From assembly GCA_964016885.1 (NCBI GenBank), contig OZ024742.1, positions 63,240,001 to 63,304,000 on the forward strand: a DNA stretch of 64,000 nt. The letters are read 5' to 3'. Of this stretch, positions 26,434-43,519 are shown piece by piece (within the stretch, counting starts at the first letter, position 1; every line of letters begins with the position of its first letter). The notes under the pieces were generated by a model that worked only from the letters and a program-made list of their open reading frames with translations, made no database searches and was not told where the DNA came from. Position numbers and translations under genes: made by a program. This DNA is from Eledone cirrhosa. Taxonomy: Eukaryota.

Positions 26434-28521
26434 ATGTATATATGTACATACATACATTTACACACATATATATATGCACACACACATGGTGATCCCTTAG
26501 CTATCGCGTGTTGATAGCTAAGGGATAACCGTAGAGTGAAATGTAAAGCTGTGACAAAATACACAATATCATCTTAAAGTAGAATAATATTTATACAGAG
26601 CTGTGTCTTCCTGGGTAGCCGTGGAGTTTCTCGTTACTGATCTTCAGTAACATAACCCATTGGTTTACGAACGGAATAAATAATATTCTATTTCATCGAA
26701 ATATAACCTTCTATTCAATAAATAAATAAATAAAATAAAATAAAATATAAATGATTAAAATAATAAGCAGGGAGAAAGATAAATGGGGTAGGATGCGAAA
26801 AAAATTAAATAATGAAAGCTGGGGAAGGCGGGCAAACTATACATCTTTGAAAATGTGGTATATCTTAGCTGCGCTCTGCAGACAAGGGGGCGAAAGCCTT
26901 GCCACAGAGAACAGTCAGCAATATCCATTGTATTAACCATTCCACCACACGGTACACCTTCCACAGGCCAGTGCACTCCTCTAGAGTTTTTTCCGAGGAA
27001 AAAACAAATTGAAGACAAAATAATCTTTTAATATTCGGACAACATGCTATATGGCATAGGGTTACGCCCCTTTACGCTCTGATTTCAAATCCCACTGAGG
27101 TTAGGTATGCCTTTCATACTTACGGAGTCGATAAAATAAAGTACCAGTAATGCACTGGGGTCGATTTAATCGACTCCCCTCCAAAAAAAAAAAAATTGTG
27201 GGAGTGGAAGTGGTAGTGGTGGTTGGTGTAATGGGAGTGGTAGTAATGGTAGTGGTAGCAATGGTGGTGATGGTAGTAGTGGTGAAGGTATTAATGGTAG
27301 TTGTGATCAGAAACCAATATTATTAATAAATAATGGTTTCTTATATAGGTACAATGCCAGCAACCTTGGGAGAGAGGAAAGTCAATTAAATCGACCCCAG
27401 TGCGAAAGTACCAGTCACGCTCTGGGGTCGATTTAATCGATTTTCCCCTCCCCAAGAGTTGCTGGTCTTGTGCCTATATAAGAAACCAATATTATTAATA
27501 AATAATCGTTTAATTGTTTTAAAACAAAACAAAATACTTATTTCTTTTTACGATTTTATATTTATTATATATATAACATTATGTACATTATACAAAATAA
27601 AGTACCAGTAATGCACTGGGTAATTGCTGGCCTTGTGCCTAAAGTAGAAACAATTATGTACATTATACATTACATTCCATGAATAATATTTTTAAATTCA
27701 AATAATCTCAGTGTTGATAATATTTTCTGTAAATCTTCTATTTTCGTCATTGGGACGCCTACAACATCCTCTTGATGTCGTCAATTGACTCAGCAAATAT
27801 CATTAGTTTGAAATGATCAACTCTAATAACATACAGCTGACCGTGTATGAACAATTGATTCAACAAATATTTTTTTATGTTACAAGGGATCCTCAATTCT
27901 GTTCACAGCAACATACAGTTGATCATGTATAAACAATAAGATGCGGAGATAAATACGACATTCTCATAAGCTTTGCTCTTGATCTTTTTTTTTTTTTATT
28001 TATTAACATAAATGCAGGCACAAAGTTTAATGGTGTTGCGCTCGAAATCGTAAGGTCGTCGGTTCGATTCCCGAACCGGGTAGCGTGTCTGGATAAATCG
28101 ATGTTTTTGAATACACAACCGCATTGTTATAGGTGTTGATATACTTGTTGAGCTCCTCACGGGGAAAGTAGGATGTGAATGAATGGGAGTTTAGAAAGCC
28201 GAAGGTGTATGGTATCTTTGGTCAAGATAGCTCCCCTTCCTAGTCCTGTGTGTGTCTGCCTGACTTTCTGTGCTTGTATTTGTTCGTAACTTGGCGATTC
28301 AACAAAGACGGATGTATAAAAGAAGTACTAGACTTGAAAAAATGAATACTAGGATTGATATGATCAACTAAATCTGTTTAAGGTGGTGCCCCAGCATGAC
28401 CACAGTCTAATGACTAAAACTGGTAAAAGAGTAAGAGCCAAATAGTATGTTAATAGCAGGATGGTGACGACTGAAATGTCTTTGATCATAGAGTTACCGA
28501 ATTATGATCGACCTAGGGTTA

Positions 28522-30193
28522 AACAACAACAACAGCAACAACCAAGTAACAACAACACAACTACAGTAACAACCAAGCAACAACAATAACACAACAACAA
28601 CCAAGCAACAACCACCACACAACAACAGCAACAACCAAACAACAACCACCACACAACAACAACCACACAACAACAGCAACAACCAAACAACAACCACCAC
28701 ACAACAACAACCACACAACAACCACACAACAGCAGCAACAACCAAACAACAACCACCACACAACAACAACCACACAACAACAGCCACACAACAACAGCAA
28801 CAACCAAACAACAACCATCACACAACAACAACCCAGCAACAACAGCAACAACCAAGCAACAACCACCACACAAAAACCACACAACAACAGCAACAACCAA
28901 ACAACAGCCATCACACAACAACAGTAACAACCAGGTTAGAACAACCACACAACAACAGCAACAACCACACAACAACAGTAACAACCAGGCAACAAAAACG
29001 ACAGGACAACAGCAACAACTATACAACAACAGCAACAACCAGATAACAACAGTAACAACCAGGCAACAACAGTAACAACCAGGCAAGAACGACGACACAA
29101 CAACAGTAACAAGCAGGCAACAACAACCACACAACAACAGCAACAACCACACGACAACAGTAACAACCAGGCAACAACAACCACACAACAACAGCAACAA
29201 CCAGACAACAACAGTAACAACCACACAACAACAGTAACAACCACACAACAACAGCAACAACCACACAACAACAGCAACAACCAGACAACAACATTAACAA
29301 CCACACAACAACAGTAACAACCGGGCAACAACAACCACACAACAACAGTAACAACAAGGCAACAACAACCCCACAACAACAGTAACAAACAGGCAACAAC
29401 AACCACACAACAACAGTAACAACCAGGCAACAACAACCACACAACAACAGTAATAGCCAGGCAACAACAACCACACAACAACAGCAACAACCACACAACA
29501 ACAGTAACAACCACACAACAACAGCAACAACAGTAACAACCACACAACAACAGCAACAACCACACAACAACAGTAACAACCACACAACAACAGTAACAAC
29601 CAACAACAACAACCACACAACAACATAACAACCACACAACGACAGCAACTCCCACCACTACTACTACTACCACCACCACCACCATTACCACCACCACCAC
29701 CACCACCACAACTACCATCACCACGACTACCATTACCATCACCACTACGCCCACCACTATCACCACTACACCACCACCACCACCACCACCACTACTACTA
29801 CCACCACCACCATTACCACCACCACCACCATCACCACCACCACCACCACAACTACCATCACCAACATCACCACAACTACCATCACCATCACCAACATCAC
29901 CACTACGCCCATCACTATCACCACTACCACCACCACCATTACTACTACCACCACTACCACCACCACCACCACCACCACCACCACCACCACCACTACCACC
30001 ACCACTACTACTACCACCACCATTACCACCACCACCACCACCACCATGACCACTACAACAACGATAACGTCAACAACAACAACAATAACAACAACAACAG
30101 CAGCAACAACAACAACAGCAATAACAACAGCAATAACAACAACAACAATAACAGCAACAGCATCAACAACAACAACAACCGCAACAACAACAA

Positions 30194-30225
<32 letters not shown>

Positions 30226-30314
30226 ATAACAACAGAAACAATAACAGCAATAACAACAGCAATAACAACAACAACAACAACAACAGCAACAACAACAGCA
30301 ATAACAACAGCATC

Positions 30315-30360
<46 letters not shown>

Positions 30361-30423
30361 GCAACAACAACAACAGGAACAACAACAATAACAGCAGCAG
30401 CAGCAACAACAACAACAACAACA
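28522..30423. repeat. Compound (CAA)/(CCA) low-complexity array
   Basis: CAACCACACAACAACAG(T/C)AA units, then (CCA)n, then (CAA/CAG)n. Confidence 0.95.
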
Positions 30424-30549
30424 AGACAATATTACATGGAGAGGAGCGAGTTCGGTTCCAAGCGATGTCTGGAACAATTATCACGTGATACTATTAGATT
30501 TACATGACAGACAACAGCTGGGATATATCTCATACTGGAAGAATTGTTA

Positions 30550-31670
30550 GTTGGTGGTATTGGTAGTGGTGGTGGTGGTGGTGGTAGTGGGGGTGGTGGT
30601 GGTGATAGTTGTAGTGGTGGTGGTGGTAGTGGTGGTGGTGGTAGTGGTGGTGATGATAGTGATAGTTGTGGTGGTGGTGGTTGTGTTAGTTGTCGTAGTG
30701 GTGGTGCTGGTGGTGATGGTGATAGTGATAGTTGTGGTGGTGGTGGTGGTGGTGGTGGTAGTAATAGTTGTGGTGGTGGTGGTAGTGATAGTTGTGGTGG
30801 TGGTGGTAGTGATAGTTGTGGTGGTGGTGGTAGTGATAGTTGTGGTGGTGGTGGTAATGGTGGTTGTGGTGGTGGTGGTGGTAGTGATAGTGATAGTTGT
30901 GGTGGTGGTAGTGTTAGTTGTCGTAGTAGTGGTGGTGGTGGTAGTGGTGGTGGTTGTGTTGGTGTTGGTGGTAGTGGTGGTGATGGTTGTGTTGGTGGTG
31001 GTGGTGGTGATAGTGATGGTGGTGGTAGTGGTGGTGGTGGTGGTGGTGGTAGTGGTGATAGTGATAGTTGTGGTGGTGGTGATAGTGTTAGTTGTCGTAG
31101 TGGTGGTGGTGGTAGTGGTGGTGGCGGCGGTCGTCGTCGTGCGGTGGTGGTGGTGGTGGTGATGTTGGTGGTGTTAGTTTTGGTGGTGGTGTTTGTGGTG
31201 TTGGTGGTGCTGTGGTGGTAGTGGTGGTGGTCATAGTGGCTGTTTGGGTAGTGGTGGGGGTGGTAGTAGTGGCTCTAGGGGTAGTGGTGGTCATAGTTGT
31301 TGTATGGGTAGTGGCGGTGATAGTGGTAGTGGAGGAGGTAATAGTGGTAGAGGTAGTGGCGGTGGTAGTGGTAGTAGTTGTAGGGGTAGTGGTGGTGATA
31401 GTAGTGGTTGTAAGGATAGTAGTGGTGGTGATAGTGGTGGTGGTGATAGTGGTGGTGGTGATAGTGGTGGTGATAGTGGTGGTTGCGGTCTTGATAGAAA
31501 CATTGGGGTGTTCGTGGTTCTTGTGGTGGTTTATTGGCTTGTCGTTTTGATGACAACACCCCCCCCCCCCTATCCACCACCACCACCATGACCTCCATCA
31601 CCACTATCACCAACACCATCACCACCATCACCACCACTACTGCCACTACTACCACTACCAGCAGCAGTAC
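30550..31670. repeat. (GGT/AGT)n array followed by a short (CCA)n tract
   Basis: Direct reading. Confidence 0.95.
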
Positions 31671-31849
31671 CATTTAGAGATATCTACATAGGCGATGTCG
31701 AAGAGTTTAGTCAGGACACAGAGACCCCCCCCCCCTCCAAACATTTCCTCTTAGTGCACTCCCTACTAGTTATCTCTTTTTGGTGTCTCGTATCAATGCG
31801 TGCTTGCATATATGTGTGTGCATGTGTATCTGTGTGTCTGTGTGTGTAT

Positions 31850-31922
<73 letters not shown>

Positions 31923-32249
31923 TGTGTGCGTGCGTGCGTGTTGGTGTGCGTCTGTGTGTGTCTATGTCTGTGTGCGTCTGTGTATATGCGTGTGTGTATG
32001 TGTGTGTGTGTGTCTCTCTTTGTGTGTATGTGTGCGTGTATGTGTTTGTTTTCAATTTAGTTTCTATCTATATATAAACTCAGACGGCCGATTGAACAGG
32101 GTTTTTGAGACAAGAAATAGGCAGTGACTTAACCAGTACCATGCTAGTCGATACATCGATCTCCATCGATCAATCGACCCTCTGAAACGATCGCAAAACA
32201 ATGAACTAACTATCCACCAACACCTGACTTCTGTTTTTATTGTTCTATG

Positions 32250-32325
<76 letters not shown>

Positions 32326-32602
32326 TATATATATAGTTAAAGAAATGACAACAGAAACAGACATTCAAAAAACACAGTCTTATTAGTATCACGCGTAGGA
32401 GGAAGCGGGGGAGGGTTCGGTATTTCGGACATAAATCCTTCTTCAGAAAATGTAGAGTTCGGTGAGAGAGAGAACAGGTTGGGATATCGGAGTTCGAAAA
32501 AAGGTTTTAAGAATGTTGGGGGTTGTACACGAGTGGTCCAGCATTAGGGAGTGGGGGTCAATATATACATGATACCGGAACATATACATGATAGCGAAAT
32601 AC

Positions 32603-32679
<77 letters not shown>

Positions 32680-33420
32680 TGCTCCGACATTGTAATATAT
32701 CCATATAAATATACGTATTGTATATTGAATAATATATACAATACGTGCATTTATATGTATATCGCTATGTCGGAGCGCTTATACAATTTTTTCAATTTAA
32801 GCCTGGCCGACAACTGCTCCGTATGCAAATGAGTTTCATCAGCTCATGAACATACGCTGAAATCTATAAGATTCAAGCTTACATTAGCCCCGAAATATTA
32901 CTTCCCCCTATTTTTGCTGCGGGTGGGTGTGTGCCGAAAGTCACAACCTTAAAAATTCAAAGCGAAAAATACGTACACACACACACACACACACACACAT
33001 ATTATAATAAATATTTTATTATGATGTTATAACATTGAACCCACAATAATTTATACAACATATTTATCGTCATAATACTATCATATGATGCAGCCTATAT
33101 TGTTTTCTCATTAATAAAGAGAGTGTAGGGGGAGCATTTTACTAATATTTGTGGGGGGGGGGCGTCTGGTATTTGTCAGTTCTGGAACCACTTATCTAGT
33201 CTAATACACAAGTAGGTATGTAACTTGGTAGATAGACAGGTAAACGGAAATAGTAGAGACAGGGGGGGGGGGGAGAGAAAGAGGGAGAAGTGGCAGAGAG
33301 ATAGATAGATTGATAGATAGATAGATAGAGAGAGGGAGAGAGAGAGAGAGAGAGAAGTAGATAGACTGACGGGAATAAAGATAAAGACAGTGAGAGAGGA
33401 AGAATGAGTGAGAAGCGGAA

Positions 33421-33461
<41 letters not shown>

Positions 33462-33557
33462 GAGAGAGAGTGATTGAGACAGAGAGATGAAAATAGAGAG
33501 GGATAGAGAGGGGGAACAGAGTGAGAGACAGAGCTAGACAGAGGGAAATAAAGATAA

Positions 33558-33612
<55 letters not shown>

Positions 33613-34025
33613 GAAAGACTGAGAAACGGAAATAAAGAGAGGAAGAGTGAGAGATGAAAATGGAGAGGGGCAGAGAGGAGGGACAGAGTGAGAGACAGAG
33701 CTAGACAGAGGGAAATAAAGATAAAGACAGAGAGACAGAGAGAGAGAGAGAGGGGGAGGGAGAGAGAGAGAGAGTGAGAGAGGAAGAGAGAGAAATGTGG
33801 AGTACTAGAGAGATTACACGCTCAATACTAAATACGCATGTTTATTAAGGCTGATCAAGTAACCTGTTATTCCGGATTTTCCCGGAATTGAGTACTGATG
33901 CGTTCACCACTACTGCCATCCAGCTCCCTATAGCCCACTCTCCCAGCGTCTAGCTTACCCTTCAATCCTCAATTACATAACACTACCAGGGACTACGCGC
34001 AACTACATCGTCTACACCACAACCC

Positions 34026-34089
<64 letters not shown>

Positions 34090-34164
34090 CATACATACAT
34101 CAGAAGATCCCGTTAAGGGTGAAAGCAGCGATTCTTTGCTTAAACTTTAATCTGTTATTTTAAT

Positions 34165-37275
<3,111 letters not shown>

Positions 37276-37317
37276 GATATTAAATAAAGGGAAACTATAT
37301 TTATAAAACCATATTTA

Positions 37318-37379
37318 TTTCATTATACATATTTCGGGGATACCATATTAAAAATATGGCATGCCTTCTTCAGATAAAA
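37318..37379 (-). ncRNA. Hammerhead motif with AU-rich stem III
   Basis: TTTTAT-CTGAAGA-…GCCATATT ttt AATATGGT…-GAAA-TATGTA-TA-ATGAAA. Confidence 0.72.
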
Positions 37380-37473
37380 TACAATATATAAACAGTTTTA
37401 TAAATAATTTTGACGTACCATAAATATTGATCAGCTTTTATGTAAGAAGTTGGTTTGGTATATATATATATAT

Positions 37474-37878
37474 AAAATAGTTAACTTTCTAGATGTAACA
37501 CTAAACCTTAACAAATGTCTTCATTATCCATTTCACAAACTAAACGAGAACTTAAACCACGTCAACTTTAACTCTAATCACCCCAGATCCGTTAAAAATA
37601 CTATAGTGAACTCTTACAGCAACGCATTTCGAGAATTTCAGCTAATAAGAATATATTTGATGAAAAAGGACATTATTACAACGAAGCGTTAGGTAGAGCT
37701 GGTTATAGAAATAAAATTAAATACATTGATAATAATAATATAACAACTAACCATAATCTTAACAATTTTAACTATTTTAACAATTTTAACAACTATAATA
37801 GAAAACCTTACAATAATTCGGAAAACAAATAAAGAAATAGAACTAGGAATATATTATGGTTCGCTCCTCCTTTCTCAT
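37474..37878 (+). pseudogene. Degenerate PLE RT thumb/linker fragment
   Basis: VNFLDVTLNL…SNHP, then RISRISAN…YNEAL and RNILWFAPPF across frameshifts. Confidence 0.75.
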
Positions 37879-37908
37879 TAAATATATATATATATATATT
37901 TATATATA

Positions 37909-38215
37909 TAAACAGACTAAATAAAGATGGCGTAGAAAATACAATGCAACGGGAGGAAACAATAGCACCACTGACGATGTTGCAGATGTGCAACGAAAGA
38001 ACTTTGATAAACTATATATATGTGTTTGTGTCTATATTGTATCTGTATTATTTTTGACCGTTGGTCAGTCAATGGCAACATTGAGGACCGAATAAATTAG
38101 ATTACCGATATAAAAGACACAGAAGCGAAAAGCGAAAACCAACCAAACAGTGAGTGTGTTCTGTTATTAATTCTGGCAATATTACACAAATATGACCCTC
38201 CCCAAGTATAACAAT
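37909..38215 (+). mobile_element. Terminal-repeat-only copy of the same PLE family
   Basis: Reverse-complement match to ~8371-8700, with (TA)n on both sides. Confidence 0.9.
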
Positions 38216-38324
<109 letters not shown>

Positions 38325-38333
38325 TTTATATAT

Positions 38334-38502
38334 ATGGGCCCAGCACTATGTGTCAATAATTGTCACAAGTGTAGTGTTTGTACCAGAGTTTTCAAGCCGC
38401 TGGCTGGACTAAAAAGTCACACTCGTTCAGCGCATCGGTAGGGGTTCTCCTACATGGATATAAAGTAGTGGCCGTACTCGAAAACGAGTTGGCAACCACC
38501 AT
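38334..38502 (+). mobile_element. ~600-bp repeat, partial copy
   Basis: Matches ~3984-4153. Confidence 0.78.
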
Positions 38503-38507
38503 GTATG

Positions 38508-38566
<59 letters not shown>

Positions 38567-38589
38567 TGTATATATATATATATATACTG

Positions 38590-38623
<34 letters not shown>

Positions 38624-39062
38624 TATGTATGTATGTGTGCGTATTATATATAGAGAGAGATAGGTGAATATAAGGGCGGTGAATTGACAGTATCGGTAGA
38701 GGGTCGGACGCCTATATGTAACTATGCTTTCCGCCCTATACTGGAAAGCATAGTTACGTCCCTTTACGGTCTGAGTTCAAATCACGTCGAGGTTAACTTT
38801 GCCTTTCATCCTTACGGGGTCGATAAAATAAAGTACCAGTTATACACTGGAATAATTGCTGGTCTTGTGCCAAAAGTAGAAACAATTATATATATATATA
38901 TAGATATATTTATGTGTGTGTGTGCGCGCGTGTGTGTGTGTGTGTGTGTATGTGTGTGTGCGTGTGTGTATGCATGTATATATACACACACATGCTGACA
39001 CATTTATACATGCATGTGTTGTGTCAAATTTGGATGTATATATATATATATGTGTGTGTGTG

Positions 39063-39210
39063 TAGGGAGCCCCTACATGGACTCACTAGAAGAGGGGGAC
39101 CGAGGTTGACATATATTGATCCCCCAAGGACAGACTCTGGTCTCTGGGAGACGCAGGACATGGCGGCGATGATGAAGGACAGAGACTGCTACTCGAGAAT
39201 CTTACCCGCC
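39063..39210 (+). pseudogene. RTE-like ORF C-terminal fragment
   Basis: EPLHGLTRRGGPRLTYID…DSGL…MKDRDC resembles P.HG.R.RGRP..TY.D…DTG…M.DR..W. Confidence 0.7.
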
Positions 39211-39214
39211 CTAG

Positions 39215-39272
<58 letters not shown>

Positions 39273-39699
39273 GTGTGTGTGTGTGCATATATATATATAT
39301 ATACACACACACATGCAGACACATTTATGCATGTATGTGTTGTGTCAAATTTGGATGTTTAGTCGACTGACAGGTATGAACTGTTTTAATTTCACCGCCG
39401 ACTACGCGTGTGAGTATGTACATAAATATGTGTCGGTATGTGTGTGTGTATCTGTGTGTGTGTGTGCACTATTGTATGTTTATAACAGTGTGCTTATTTA
39501 GTTATATGTATATATGTATGTCTGTATAAATGAATGTATGTGTGTGTGTATGTACACACACACACACACATACACACACACACATATATATATAGAGTGA
39601 CAGATTGGCCCAAGTCGAGGGCCCACGGTAGTACTTTAGGGGCCAAGAAGAAGAAGAAGAAGAAGAAGCAGAATTTTTTTGTTTCTCGTTTTGCCAACT

Positions 39700-40420
39700 A
39701 GAAGAACCCACGCTCACCTTGGAAGCTCTAGCTGTGCGTCTGTGGATATAGCTTCTGTTGGTTTTGCTATGCTAAAGCCCCGCTCGCTTTGGAGGCTCTA
39801 GCTGTGAGTCTGTGGTCTGTGGATATAGCTTCTGTTGGTTTTGCTATGCTAAAGCCCCGCTGGCTTTGGAAGCTCTAGCTGTGAGTCTGTAGTCTGTAGT
39901 TATAGCTGCCATTGGTTTTGCTATGCTAAAGCCCCGCTGGCTTTGGAAGCTCTAGCTGTGAGTCTGTGGTCTGTGGTTATAGCTTCCATTGGTTTTGCTA
40001 TGCTAAAGCCCCGCTCGCCTTGGAAGCTCTAGCTGTGAGTCTGTGGTCTGTGGTTATAGCTTCCATTGGTTTTGCTATGCTAAAGCCCCGCTCGCCTTGG
40101 AAGCTCTAGCTGTGAGTCTGTGGTCTGTGGTTATAGCTTCCATTGGTTTTGCTATGCTAAAGCCCCGCTGGCTTTGGAAGCTCAGCTGTGCATCTATTTC
40201 TATAAAATCCTTTGGTTTTTCTGTGCTAAAGCCCTGCTCACCTTGGAAGCTCTCGCTGCGGGTCTGTGGCTATAGCTTCTGTTGGCTTTGCTGTGCTAAA
40301 TCACCGCGCACTTTGGACTTTGGAAGCTCTAGCTGTGGGTCTGTGATCTGTGGCTATAGCTTCCGTTGGCTTCGCTGAGCGTAAGGTCCCGCTCGCCTTG
40401 GAAACTCTAGCTGTGACCCA
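39700..40420. repeat. 77-bp minisatellite, about 9 units
   Basis: AAAGCCC recurs at 39774, 39851, 39928, 40005, 40082 and 40159, then degenerates. Confidence 0.93.
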
Positions 40421-40427
40421 GTCTGCC

Positions 40428-40517
<90 letters not shown>

Positions 40518-40685
40518 AGATCAAAAGATGGTTAAAAGAGTTCCAAGTATTTTATTATGCGCATTTCAGAAGTAAATATCATCATGGGATGATATCTGCG
40601 TTCTCATCAGATAAAATAGGGAGACATGATATGAAGCTTAAAAAACACTTGTGAGCAGTGAAGTTTTAAATCAACATTAAATCCC

Positions 40686-40756
40686 TATTTTATCTGATGA
40701 GAACGCAAATATTATCCCATGATGATATTTATTTTTGAAATGCGCATAATAAAATA
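40686..40756 (+). ncRNA. Hammerhead motif (inverted partner 40548-40618 on -)
   Basis: TATTTTAT-CTGATGA-…AAATATTATC ccat GATGATATTT…-GAA-ATGCGCAT-A-ATAAAATA: stem I 8 bp, palindromic stem III. Confidence 0.85.
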
Positions 40757-40877
40757 CTTGGAACTCTTTTAACCATCTTTTGATCTTATATTATTTATAC
40801 TCCAGTCCTACAAACTGTAGATTGCTACTTATCCGATATTTGCATTGCTTTATTGTGCTACAAAAAAACTCACCTCC

Positions 40878-40927
<50 letters not shown>

Positions 40928-41986
40928 TACATAATCAAATTTAAGCGTATTAGAATAGGAAATCAGAGCAAAACTGACAAACGGGCACATCTCTTTATCA
41001 TCAGGTGTATACACGTGTATATTTGTGTTCATTTGAACATGCTTGTATTATGTGTATATGTACACACATATACACAAACGTACATACATGAATACATACA
41101 CACATACATACTTACATGATGATGGCTGCCCCCTCGTTATCGAGTATGGTCATTGCACGATATACCATTATTAATTAATTATATCGTGCAATGCCTGTGC
41201 GCAAAGAATTTTTTAAAGTGAAGAAAGACTGTGCACTGAGCCAATCCCACTCTCTGAGCGACAGTAGCTATAACCCGAAAAGAAGAAAATATCAACATCA
41301 TCGATAACTACTGAGCCGCAGGTTTTATGTCGGAGTTATCCCAGTTTCCTGAGTTGCCTTCTCCTAGAAGAATGCCCTGACAAAGGCTAGGGGTCCTTCA
41401 CTCCCAATGGTTTAACCGCGCGATCGGGTGTCCAGTCCGACTATTTTTATGTCCCCACGCATATACATACACATACATATGTACATGTGTATATACATAT
41501 TTACACATTTTTGGATGGCCGTTGACTCTTATGAGTTCTTCCGCCCCGACCATGCGACAGGTTGTACTGGGTTACATATTACCAGTAGCATTCAAGAGTG
41601 ACCCGACATACTTACATACTTACATACGTACAAACATACATGTATGTATGCACATACATATATCGTCGTATGTCCATGGGTTTGCACCCCCAAAATTCCC
41701 CTCCGGGACACAAGCATCAGCAAGGTGTGTTTGTGGAAGACCTGCAGTCGCCCACGCATACCAGTCTGCCCTCTCCACTGATGTTGTCTAAGGGAAAGGA
41801 AATGGCCGATACAGCTTGGCACCAGTGACGTTCGCAACTCATTTCTACAGCTGAGTAAACTGGAGCAACATGAAAAAAGAATACAACGCACTGCCCGGTC
41901 CGGGATTCGAATCACAACGCTCTAACCACAAATCATACATACATACATGCATACACACATGCATGCAAACATACATGCATGCATAC

Positions 41987-42592
41987 ATGGTGGCTGCCAA
42001 CTCGTTTTCGAGTACGGCCACTACTTTATATCCATGTAGGAGAACCCCTACCGATGCGCTGAACAAGTGTGACTTTTTAGTCCAGCCAGCGACTTGAAAA
42101 CTCTGGTACAAACACTACACTTGTGACCATTATTGACACATAGTACAGGGCCCATGGTACCATGTGATGACAAGTGCAGAGAGATCTCCAGATATAAAGC
42201 ATTGCCTGTGTTGTGAAGCTTTTATAGTGAGCAAAGGCACTGCACAAAGCCAGTCCCACTCTCTTAACCAAGATGATATTTACCAAAAAGAACAAGTCAA
42301 CATCATTGGATACCATCAGGATTGCAGGTGTTATATCAGAGTTTTCCTTCTCCTAGAATTCTGCCTTGACAAAGGCTAAGGGGTCATCTCTCCTGGTGAT
42401 TTTGGATGGCAATTGACTCTTAAGAGCTCCTTTTCCCTTTGACAGGTTTTGTTTTTAGTCCTGCAGGATGTCCAAAGTCACCCTCCTCACCAAGAAACCT
42501 TGGTGGGGTTGCCAGTTTAGTCGCCAACGACCCGACCATGAGACAGGTTGTACTGGGATACATGTTACCAGTAGCACCAACTGGTGACCTGA
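41987..42592 (-). mobile_element. ~600-bp repeat, full copy
   Basis: Same sequence, with (CATA)n-type flanks. Confidence 0.8.
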
Positions 42593-42681
42593 CATACATA
42601 CATACATACATACATACATACATACATACATACATACATACATACATACATACATACATACATACATACATACATACATAC

Positions 42682-43220
42682 ATGGTGGCTGCCAACTCGT
42701 TTTAGAGTACGGCCACTACTTTATATCCATGTAGGAGAACCCCTACCGATGCGCTGAACGAATGTGACTTTTTAGTCCAGCCAGCGACTTGAAAACTCTG
42801 GTACAAACACTACACTTGTGACCATTATTGACACATAGTACAGGGCTCATGGTACCATGTGATGACAAGTGCAGAGAGATCTCCAGATATAAAGCAATGC
42901 CTGTGCTGTGAAGCTTTTATAGTGAGCAAAGGCACTGCACAAAGCCAGTCCCACTCTCTTAACCAAGATGATATTTACCAAAAAGAAGAACAAGTCAACA
43001 TCATTGGCTACCATCAGGGTTGCAGGTGTTATATCAGAGTTTTCCTTCTCCTAGAATTCTGCCTTGACAAAGGCTAAGGGGTCATCTCTCCTACATACAT
43101 ACATACATAATGCATGCATGCACGCATGCATACATACATACATACTGATACCCAAGAACAAAGACACCCACTTGGCAAAAAACTACCGACCCATACCAGT
43201 AGCACCAACTGGTGACCTGA
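42682..43220 (-). mobile_element. ~600-bp repeat, second tandem copy, interrupted
   Basis: Matches until ~43091, and the terminal 26 bp resume at ~43195-43220. Confidence 0.78.
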
Positions 43221-43519
43221 CATGTATGCATACATACATGCTTACACACATACATACATGCATACATACATGCATGCATACATACATACATACATACATA
43301 CATACATACATACATACATACATACATACATACATACACTCATAAATGCCGATATCAATTAGTTAATGAAAACCACACCACAACATTATCATTGTGACAC
43401 ATTCCCTCGCGCATACACACGCGCGCGCGCGCACGCACACACATATAGAGTTATACTTACACAAACTCATACTCAGCCTATACCCAGAGACTCACGTATA
43501 TACACACATATATATATAT

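Noticed and set aside
28494-29766. Cys/Val/Leu-rich ORFs resembling metallothionein or keratin-associated proteins
   Set aside because: Open in several frames of a (GTT)-based repeat, with no unique sequence or gene structure.
30544-31591. Gly-rich ORFs
   Set aside because: (GGT)n low complexity, open in multiple frames.
34101-34145. Hammerhead-like CAGAAGA…GAAAGCA…TGCTT (similar weak cases ~26600-26655, ~53590-53630, ~60070-60118)
   Set aside because: Core mutated or stem I missing; probably decayed remnants, so not counted.
39700-40420. CRISPR-like periodicity
   Set aside because: The whole unit repeats with no unique spacers, in a eukaryotic context with no cas genes.
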